Shown here one piece after another: positions 53,614 through 64,000 of a stretch of DNA of 64,000 bases. A program made the position numbers and the translations under genes. This stretch comes from Octopus vulgaris. Lineage: Eukaryota. The DNA is taken from contig OX597833.1 of the NCBI GenBank assembly GCA_951406725.2, positions 45,446,001-45,510,000 of the forward strand. Direction: 5' to 3'. How positions within the stretch are numbered: the first letter of the stretch is position 1; the number at the start of each line of letters is the position of its first letter. Under the pieces are notes generated by a model. The model saw only the letters and a program-made list of their open reading frames with translations, did no database searches and was not told the origin of the DNA.

Positions 53614-53739
53614 CAAATAATGGTGGTCCTATTACATAACCAATTCCATTGAACAAACTTAATAAACTGTAACCACTTGCTAGATTTTCAAATCCTACTA
53701 TCAATGTTGTATATACTACTCGTAGTGAAACACAGAACC
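53614..53739 (-). CDS. SLC16/MCT-like transporter, penultimate exon; absent from the ORF track
   Basis: ttgacag|GG...TTTG|gtaag; 126 nt, phase 1-1; GFCVSLRVVYTTLIVGFENLASGYSLLSLFNGIGYVIGPPLF. Confidence 0.9.
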
Positions 53740-56605
53740 CTGTCAAAGAAAGAAAAGTTAGCTATAAAATAACAAAACAAAAATATACATAGGTAAAAGA
53801 CATATTACATTGTCAACAGGATATTATTGTGATGGGCAACAGACAGGTAGCGAGGGTAATTTGCTTAACTAAATACCTTAAACATTTTCTAGTGTTCATT
53901 TTTATCTAATCCTTTTTATTTTTTTTTTCAGTTATTAGGCTGTGGCCATGCTGGGGCATCACCTTGAAGAATTTTAGTCGAATGAATTGACATGGGTTGG
54001 ACGGTTCGACCGGGGTCTGGGCAGCCAGGAGGCTGCACCAGGCTCCAGTCTGATCTGGCAGTGTTTCTACAGCTGCATGCCCTTCCTAATGCCAACCACT
54101 CCATGAGTGTAGTGGGTGCTCTTTTATGTGCCACCGGTTTTTTTAAAGCCTGGTACTTATTCTATCGATCTCTTTTGCCAAACTGCTGTTATGTACACAT
54201 AACAGTACCAGTTGTCAGGTGCCGGTAGGGGAGGGGGGAAGAAACACAGACACATAGAGACGCGCACACACACACACACACACAGATATATACATTCCCG
54301 TGCCAGTGATGCATAAAAGGCACCCCCATGGCAGTGACACATAAAAGACACCAGTACTGGTAACACAAAAAGGGCACCCATGCTGGTGACACATAAAGGG
54401 CGCCCTTGCTGACAACATGTAGAAAGCACCCATGTGGGTGACATGTAAAAGGCATCCACTACACTCTAGGAGTGGTTGGCATTAGGAAGGGCATCTAGCC
54501 ATAGAAGCTAAACCAAATCAGACTGATACAACTCCCCAACTTACCAGTTCCAGTTAAACCATATAACTCATGCCAGCATGGAAATCAGATGCTAAATGAT
54601 GATGACGACGATGATGATGATGATGATGATGATAATATATATGAAGGGCTTCTTTCATTTTATCTGCTTTGTAGTAACAACCAATAGAGTGCACTTTTAT
54701 CCATCACCATAATCATCATTGTCATCATCATGATCACCATTATTATCGTCATTGTCATTGTTTTGGCATCTGTTTTTCCATGCTGGCGGGTTCGAACAAA
54801 ATGCATCTAGGCAGATTTTTCTATGGCCAGATGCCCTTCCTGTCATCAGCCCACATATGCTTTCAAGCAAGGTGACATATTTCTCCTGATCTTTCAAATA
54901 TAAGCAGCACAATTGTCAGACGTGTTTTCATGGAAAATTGCATGGGAAAGGAACTGCATGTATGATGATTACATTCATTTACAATTGGTGTGTGATACCG
55001 AGACACCACAGACACAAACTAACCTCAACCAACGCACATACATACGAACATGCAATGATTCTCTTTCATTTTCTGCTTACCAAAAATATTCCACTCATAA
55101 GTCTAAGTGTTCAACAGCTCTTTACTCTTTACTCTTTTACTTGTTTCAGTCATTTGACTGCGGCCATGCTGGAGCACCGCCTTTAGTCAAGCAAATCGAT
55201 CCCAGGACTTATTCTTTGTAAGCCTAGTAATTATTCTATCAGTTCTCTTTTGCCAAACTGCTAAGTTATGGAGCTGTAAACACACCAGCACCCGTTGTCA
55301 AGCGATGTTGCAGGGGACAAACACAGACACACAAACACACACACACACACACACATACATATATACGACGGGCTTCTTTCAGTTTCTGTCTACCAAATCC
55401 ACTCACAAGGCTTTGGTAGGCCTGAGGCTATAGTAGAAGACACTTGTCTAAGGTGCCACGCAGTGGGACTGAACCCGGAATCATGTGGTTGGGAAGCAAG
55501 CTAATTACCACAAAGCCACTCTTGCGCCTATTCACTAAGTTTTTATATGCACCCAAACATGCATGTAATGCACCAACAAACATACATATATGTACCTGTG
55601 TATGTCAGTGTATGAGCGTACATGAATACATGCACAAACATGTATGTGTAAATGTCAGTGTGTGAGTGTATATGTACATGAACACATACATGCACACACA
55701 TCATCATCTGTATCCTCATTACACAATCATCTAATGTTCACTTTTCCATGCAGGCATGGGTTGGACAGAGTTGATTAGAGGCAGATTTTGTACAGCCAGG
55801 GAATATTTCCCTATTGTCAGACATGCTCTTGAAGAATGTTTATAAATGAATGACACTGCTTGTATGACAGTGACAATCCTTTACAGCAATCACATGATAT
55901 CAAGACAAGGAGGCACAAACACTTACACACACACACCCCCACACACACACACATGACAGGCTTCTCTCAGTTCCATTTACCAAATTCACTCACAAGTCTT
56001 TGGTCACCCTGGAGTTATAGTAGAAGACACTTACCTAGTGTGCCACTGTGTGGCACTGAGCCGAAAACCACATGGCTGTGAAGTAAACTTCTTACCACAC
56101 AGGCATGTCTGTACCCCTAACACACACACACATACACATATACACACATATACATACACACACATATACATACAACTCTCACACACATACATATATGCAC
56201 ATGTGCACATACACACATACATGCACACACATACACACTTACACACATATATTTCTTTATTGCCCACAAGGGGCTAAACATAGAAGGGACAAACAAGGAC
56301 AGACAAAGGGATTAAGTCGATTAAATCGACCCCAGTGCGAAGCTGGTACTTTATTTATCGACCCCGAAAGGATGAAAGGCAAAGTCGACCTCGGCGGAAT
56401 TTGAACTCAGAACGTAACGACAGACGAAATACCGCTAAGCATTTCGCCCAGCATGACACATATACACACATAGACATATATATCCTCACACAGATACACA
56501 CATGCACACACACCGACACATGCATGCATTCACACACACACACACATATTTATGTATAAACATATGCACATACATACATGAAAACGCAAAATGTTTCTTT
56601 CTTAC

Positions 56606-56866
56606 CTCCAGCTATAGACCAGATGAGAAGAATTGCTGCTAATGGATAAAATTTGACTACAAGTGGAATGGCAATGCCACAACTGCCCATGATGAATAAC
56701 GAGGCTGTCATCATATAATCACTTTTGATATGGAGAAAGTCTATGAAAATTCCAAGCAGGAACTGTCCTGCTGTGAAGCCCACTCCACTGAGTGAGATCA
56801 GCAAGGTACCATCTACACCCAAAATCTTGGAATAGAGTGGAAGATACACATACACAACGAAGTTTA
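56606..56866 (-). CDS. SLC16/MCT-like transporter internal exon (about TM7 end to TM10)
   Basis: ctttcag|TA...GGAG|gtaag; 261 nt, phase 1-1; NFVVYVYLPLYSKILGVDGTLLISLSGVGFTAGQFLLGIFIDFLHIKSDYMMTASLFIMGSCGIAIPLVVKFYPLAAILLIWSIAG. Confidence 0.88.
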
Positions 56867-56945
56867 CTGAAAGAAAGAAAAAAGAAAAAAATTAATCATT
56901 TTGCATTTAAATTTCTTTGTCAAATATATTGCTAATCTCTTTGCA

Positions 56946-57236
56946 GTGGAGGCACATGGCCTAGTGGTTAGAGCAGCGGACTTGCAGTTGAGGGATCGCA
57001 GGTTCGAATCTCAGACCGGGTGATGTGTGTGTTTATGAGCGAAACATCTAAGCTCCATGCGGCTCCGGTAGAAGGTAATGGCAAACTTCTGCTGACTCTT
57101 TTGCCACAACTTTCTCTCATTCTTTCCTCCTGCATCTTGCAGCTCACCGGCGTCCCGTCCAGGTGGGGAACCTATACGCCAAGAAAACTGGTAAACCGGC
57201 CCTTATGAGCCGGGCATGGCTTGAGAAGGAACAAAC
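56946..57236 (+). mobile_element. SINE family 3 copy with TSD
   Basis: aatctctttgca is duplicated at 56934-56945 and 57237-57248. Confidence 0.85.
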
Positions 57237-57546
57237 AATCTCTTTGCAGTGTTTTGAATTAATCCTTCATTATCTTGCAGCTTTGAAATGTCTATGATAT
57301 GAATTCTTTTATTTTTTTTTATTCTTTTACTTGTTTCAGTCATTTGACTGTGGCCATGCTGGAGCACCAACTTAAGGGGTTTTAGTCAAACAAATTGATC
57401 CCAGGACTTATTCTTTGTAAGCCTAGTACTTATTCTATTGGTCTCTTTTGCTGATCTGCTAAGTTACAGGGATGCAGACACACCATCAGTTGTCAAGTGA
57501 TGGTGGGGTAGAGACAAACACAGGCACAAACACACAAATATATATA

Positions 57547-57673
<127 letters not shown>

Positions 57674-58499
57674 GACAGACTTTTTCAATTTTCATCTGCC
57701 AAATCCAGTCAGAAGGCTGTGGTCATCCCAAGGCTGTAATAGGAGACACTTGCCCAAGGTGCCACACACTGGGACTGAACCCGGAACCATGTTGCTGGGA
57801 AGCAAACTTCTACTACACAGCAACGCCTGCACCTATGTTTATTTTTAGAATGACATTGTCTTGCAAGTGTGACAAGCTGGATCTGGCCAGTTTGATGAGA
57901 AACCAAGAGGAATATTTGGAGTGGACATGGCCAGTTTGAATGTTAAAGGTTTAATGACAGATATTTCTTTTTGTTTTTCTGATAAATACATTAAATTTGG
58001 AAATATCATATCTAATTTGTGGAGGTATGTGGCATGGTGGTTAGGGTGTTGGACTCATGCTCATAAGACTGTGGTTTCGATTCCTGGACTGGGTGACACA
58101 TTGTGTTCTTGAACAAAACACTTCATTTCACGTTGCCCCAGTCCACTCGGCTGGTAAAAAAGGAGTAATCCTGTGATGGACCAGTATACCCATCCAGGTG
58201 GGGAATTTAAACTCCATGGAAACCAGGAAACAGGCCCTATGAGTCTATATGACTTGGGAAGGATCTTTATCATTTTCTAATTTACATATGGAAGTTTGTT
58301 GAAATGGAGAGCATGAATTGTTGAGATGAGGTGGTACAAGGTGACCAGCCAAGTGGCCAATGTACAGGGTTCAATACAGACATCTATAAACGTTTGTGTA
58401 CTGGGTATATAACAACCAGCTAAAGGGTCATTGGTTTGCATCTTGTCACCAGTAAGTTGTGTAGAACTTAAACAACCACCACAAGATCTAATTCTTGGA

Positions 58500-59830
58500 G
58501 TGGTATGATAGGTGACTTGTGTGCCTCAAAAACCCTGAGAAGAGTTATGCTAGCAGACACAGGCTCTTGGTACAATCACCCATGCTAGACAAGTCAAAAG
58601 TTAGAGGCCAGACTAATATGGACCACCTCTTTCCAGAGCTGAAAACAGGTTTAATTAGAGCCCTTAACTCCACCTAGAAAAAAAAACAGCAAAGTTAACA
58701 GGTATTGATGACAATTCTAAACCAAGAAGACCTGGGAGAGGAAGACCTTCCCTCAGGGAAACATATGGCTGTGCATCAAAATCTGAAAGGAAGCTGCAAA
58801 GCTGTACTTGGAGAGAAGCAGAAAAGAAACCCAGAGTTGAGAACAGTGAAGAAAAGCTGTCAATGGTCTATGCCCATAGGGAGCAAAGGGATAGGTAAGG
58901 ACAACTTTAACAAGTCCTAGAGGTTCCCAGAATGAATCCCACTGTGTTCTCAAACTACTCTCTCATTGCTATAAACAAGTAGCAACATTGTAAAATTAAA
59001 AAAGAGTATTTTGTTAGCTTGTAGATTTTTATGTGGGTCGTATATCAAAAAAAGATGGACTCTTTCACACAGACTCTTCTTTGATCCACTATGTAAATAC
59101 TAACATATTCAGTGGTACCCCTTATTATTCAAAGTCTTAGGTGGGGCTACTAACCACCTCTGGTAAACCCTAAGGAATCAAAATGTTTCATCTTTTCTAT
59201 CACCACACCTGTTACCACAAGAGGCTATAAAAAAACAAAAGACACAGCAAATCTAATTTGCTCTTTAATGCTCCCACATGATCTTGTACTGTGGGTCAGA
59301 GTCCTAAAATGAACTAAGCATGGTAATATCATAGGTGGTGCCTACGACAGTCAGCTCTACCTCCGAACATTTGGAGGTAGGCAATAGGCTCGTTCCACTA
59401 CAAAGTCTAGTCTTTGATGCAGTGTGGTGGCTTCTGCAGTTCAATGACACAGACTATGCCAGCAGAGTGAAAGCTTCCGGTAGGGCCTCCCATGCTGAAC
59501 AGGTCAATGCACAAAGGTCAAACTAAAATAGATCACCTCTTCCCAGAGGTAAAAACAGGGATTGTGTAGGGCCAACACACCTACCTAGAAAAAAGTAAAG
59601 TTACAAAAAGTATCAATGACATTTCAAAATCATCAAAACACGGGAAGGATAAGCTTTCCTTGGGGAGTCATATGACATGGTACAGCAAAATTCAAAAGGA
59701 ATCTGAAAGGCTATAGAGCTATAAAGACAAAATATCAAAGGGGAGAAAAGGTAGCCCAGAAAAAAAAAACACAAAAAACGGGAGAAGTCATCAATGGGTT
59801 ATGCTTCATAGGGAAGGAAGGGATTATGTA
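58500..59830 (+). mobile_element. Two diverged copies (~58500-58900, ~59420-59830) of a non-autonomous, probably RTE-derived element
   Basis: Mutual similarity (cccatgctagacaagtcaa / cccatgctgaacaggtcaa; ctatgcccatagggagcaaaggga / ttatgcttcatagggaaggaaggga). The ends resemble RTE 5' UTR and 3' termini. Confidence 0.45.
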
Positions 59831-60084
59831 AATAATAAGCCCATTGAGCAGAGACAGCTGATGTTATTCAACAGCATTAATGAAAAAGCAGGTATTCATT
59901 GCAGTTGCTTGTATCATGGAAAATACTAATAGAATATGTTATTAGATATGTTATATAGGGGCAGAAAAAGCAACAGAAATAGCAACAATGTACCTTCAGA
60001 GATAGCAACAATAAAGCTTCAGAAATAGCAATGACAGCTACTTTATGAGGAATTCAAAATATTTGATAGAGAGAGGCAGAGAGA

Positions 60085-60126
<42 letters not shown>

Positions 60127-61328
60127 GAGAGAGAGTGAGTGCATGCATGTATGTGTGTGTGTGTATGTATGCAGGCTTTCTTTGCAATACATTTTTCCTC
60201 CAACAACAACAACAACAACAACAACCAGAAGGCTATAACATTTAAAGGAATACTTAGCTTGGAATACACAGTCTTTAATTCCTGAGAGAAATTCCAGCTG
60301 TACTCCAAAATATGAAAAACTTTGGCATGTCATGTTGATCCTGTAATTCCCAGGATAGCTTAGGGTCATGAGCTCATGGGGGTACATTTTCTAATGTCAA
60401 CAAATGATCAGGAGTTAGGACATATACACTCACAAAAACACATACATACATGCCTACATACATACATATGTACGTACATACATACATACATACATACGTA
60501 CATATGTACAAACATACATACATACATACATACATACATACATTCTTTTGGACTCTCTTCGGTCATGAATGACCATGGGATTGCACCTAGAAAGTTACCC
60601 TCCCAGGCACAAGTCCAGGTAAGGTTGTTTATGGAAGACCAACAGTCGCCCATGCATACCGGCCTCCCCTCTCCACGCCACCAGTGTTATCCAAGGGAAA
60701 GGCAAAGGGGCCGATACAGCTGGGTACCTGTGACGTTGCAACTTGTTTCTACAGCTGAGTGAACTGGAGCAACGTGAAATAAAGTGTCTTGCTCAAGAAC
60801 ACAACATGCAGCCTGGTCCAGGAATCGAACTCTGAATCTTACGATCATAAACTCGACACTCCAACCATTGAGCCATGCATACATACATACATACATACAT
60901 ACATACATACATGCATACATACATGTGAACTGTTGGCAATTTTTTTCCTCCTTCTTCCTTTTCTTTTGGACTTTCCTATTTTTCCTGTTTCTGAAGAAGA
61001 GATGTGCTTGAAACATAAAACAAGCACTCTTTTCCTTCTTTGAGCATCTTATCACTACTTTACATGTGATATGTCCTCACGTTGCTTTCTTCTTCTTGTC
61101 TTTTTTCCATTTTTTAAAAATTAACTACATACATATATATACACTTTTACGCTTGTACTACACTCATGCTGGAGCACTGCCTTTTCTTTTTAGTCAGAGA
61201 AATTGACCCCAGGACTTATCCTTTCTAAGCCTGGTAATTATTCTAGGCTACAGGGACATAAACACATCAATATTGGTTGTCAAGCGATAGTGCGAGGATA
61301 AACACAGACACACAAATACATACATACA

Positions 61329-61381
<53 letters not shown>

Positions 61382-61542
61382 GGCTTCTTTCAGGTTTCCA
61401 TCTACCAAATCCACTCAAAAGGCTTTGGTCAGCCAGAGGCTATAGTAGAAGATACTTGCCCAAGTTGCACACAGGGGAATTGAACCCAGAACCATGTGAT
61501 TGGGAAGCAAGCTTCTTACCACACAGCCACTCATGCACCTAT

Positions 61543-61576
<34 letters not shown>

Positions 61577-61667
61577 TGTATGTATGTGGCTTGTGTGTGT
61601 GTGTTTATATGTATGCATATCTGTCTGTCTCTCTATCTCTCTATCTATCTCTCTATCTATCTATCTA

Positions 61668-61698
<31 letters not shown>

Positions 61699-61737
61699 GC
61701 CTGCCTGCCTGCCTGACTGCCTGCCTGCCTGCCTGTT

Positions 61738-61830
<93 letters not shown>

Positions 61831-62372
61831 GTGTGTGTGTTTGTTTGTTTGTGTGTGTGTGTGTGTGTGTTTTAGTATTTTACTTATTTCAGACATTAAA
61901 CTACAGCCATGCTGAAGCACTACCTTAGTCGAACAAATCATCCCCAGGATTTACCATTTTAAAGCCTAGTACTTATTCTATCAGTCTCTTGTTTGCTTAA
62001 CCAGTAAGTTATGGGGATGTAAACAGATCAACACCAATTACCAATCAGTGATGGAGGGACAAGCACACACACACACACACAAGACACATGCATGAGTGGG
62101 CGCGCACACACATACACACACACACACACATATTCTTTCATTCTCTTATTCTTTTACTTGTCTCAGTCATTTGAATGCGACCATGCTGGAGCACCACCTT
62201 CAAGGGTTTTAGTTGAAGAAATCGACCCCAGGAATTATTCTTTGTAAGCCAAGTACTTATTCTGTTGGTCTATTTTGTCAAACCGCTAAGTTATGGGGGC
62301 CATAGGTTATCAGGTGATGGTGGGGTGACAAACACACAGACACATACACAAATATATTCATATATATATATA

Positions 62373-63638
62373 TTGGGTTGGCAACTAAGTTCCTGCCATT
62401 TATTAAAATTTAAATTTTTTAAAAGGTTTGATAAAAAATAACAACTAATTAATCAATAATGTATTCACCCTTGTTGTTTACAACTTCCTCCCAATGTTCA
62501 ACAAGCTTTTCAATACCTCGTTGGTAGAAATCTCCCGATTTTGACTCGAAAAATTGATCCAAACAAGCTCTCAATTCTGCATCAGTATTGAATGAAACTC
62601 CGTGCATAGCATTTGGGAGAGATCGAAAGATGTGGAAGTCCATTGGTGCCAAATCAGAAGAGTACAGCGGGTGTGGTAGCACTTCCCAGCCATGTGTTTG
62701 AATGGCTTCCTTGGTCATATTGGCAATCATTGTTGTGAAGCAGAAGAACTCCATGCTACCGATTAGGTCTTTTCTCTTGAATAGCCGTGTTGAGTCGTTC
62801 CATCTGTTGAACATAGAGTTCCATGTTGACCGTTTGGTTCCATTCAAGCAATTCGTGATGGATAATCCCTTCTCAGTCCCACCAACGTTTTACATGGATG
62901 AAGATCTTGTTTCATGCACGGTGTTGGTTGTTTTCCGGGGCTAAGCCATTCCTACACTGCTTCATATTGATATACAGGCACCATCTTTCATCGCCAGTAA
63001 CGATTCAGTGAAGAAATCATTGCTTGTGTCCATGAGTTGAGTAGTGATGAGCAAGCAAACCAACGGAGATTGTGGCTCGTTGATTTTTCTTGTTGTCACT
63101 TAAAGCATGCAGAAACCATGCTCCATACTTCTAAACCTTTCCCACTGAGTGAAGATGCTTCTCTATAGCAGTGCAGGAGCATTCCATTTTCTCTGCCAGG
63201 TCTTTTGTCATTTGAGAATTTTCTTGCAAATGTTGGTTTTAATCACTCTTCATCGAACTCAACTGTACGGCTAGAATGAGGTGCATCTTTGAGGTCAAAA
63301 TTTCCATTTTTGAACTTGGCATACCGATTATGAGTGGTTCTTTCAGCTATGGCACTCTCTCCATACACAGCACATATATTGTGAGCAGCTTTTGCGGCCG
63401 TAGAGCCTTGATTAAAAGCAAAAAGAAGGTGTTGAAAATGCTTGTTTTTCTTAACTTGACATTCCATTTTAATGATCTGAAAATAAACAAAAATTAACTA
63501 AAATTAACTAGGAAAAAAGCAAAATAGATTCCAAAATGATTCAAAAATAGAATTCTTGAAAAAAATAGATTCCAAAATTTAAAAACGCAATAAATTCTAA
63601 AATTTAATAAAACGGCAGGAACTTAGATGCCAACCCAA
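62373..63638 (-). mobile_element. Full-length defective mariner (mellifera-subfamily-like), 1266 bp, TA TSD
   Basis: TIRs ttgggttggcaactaagttcctgcc / ggcaggaacttagatgccaacccaa. The transposase at 63467-62449 (MECQVKKNKHFQHLLFAF..., VTGDERW, HPLYSSDLAPMDFH) has stops and frameshifts. Confidence 0.93.
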
Positions 63639-64000
63639 TATATGACAAGCTTCTTTCAGTTTCCATCTACCAAATCCACTCACAAAGCTTTGGTCGGCCT
63701 GAGGCTATAGTAGCAGATACTTTGCCCAAGGTGCCATGTAGTGGAACTGAACCCAGAACGATGTGGTTGGGAAGGAAGCTTGTTACCACACACCCATGCC
63801 TGTATATATATGTATGACTTTTTAAAAAAGTACTTCTCTCTTTATTCTTGCCAGTTCATGTGTATGTGTGTTTCTGTGTGTGTGTTTCTGTGTGTGTGTG
63901 TGTGTGTGTGTGTGCATGTGTGTGTATGTATGTGAATGTATATATGTGTTTACATTATTACCTACCTACCTACCTACATACCCAACTTAGCGTAATTATT

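Noticed and set aside
56946-57020. tRNA-like sequences at SINE heads (also 4675, 21820-21885, 37895-37965)
   Set aside because: They continue into SINE bodies with TSDs and lack a proper acceptor stem, so they are not tRNA genes.

Overview
Repeat-rich, AT-rich animal genomic DNA. The tRNA-derived SINE families and microsatellite load look like an octopod cephalopod (inference). Almost all ORFs in the six-frame track are microsatellite or repeat artefacts. Two spliced genes converge tail-to-tail. On the + strand is a thrombospondin type-1 repeat (TSR) protein: five TSRs in phase-1 exons at 7039-27429, a Thr-rich exon at 28668-28756 and an uncertain last exon; its 5' exons were not found. On the - strand are the last three coding exons of an SLC16/monocarboxylate-transporter-like MFS protein (56866-48741). 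The rest is SINEs, RTE LINE ends, a Penelope-like RT/GIY-YIG relic, a Gypsy relic, an RLE-type LINE relic, mariner and DD37D relics, hAT/piggyBac/GGATC-terminus MITEs and Helitrons. The most notable signal is a cluster of about 8 loci with type I hammerhead ribozyme motifs (some in two inverted copies). They sit in short, often fold-back, non-coding elements mostly bordered by (TA)n tracts. Several have intact cores, one has a compensatory U3-A8 core, and two intact ones lie on the sense strand of the TSR gene. All pairings and coordinates were read by eye, and repeat boundaries are approximate.
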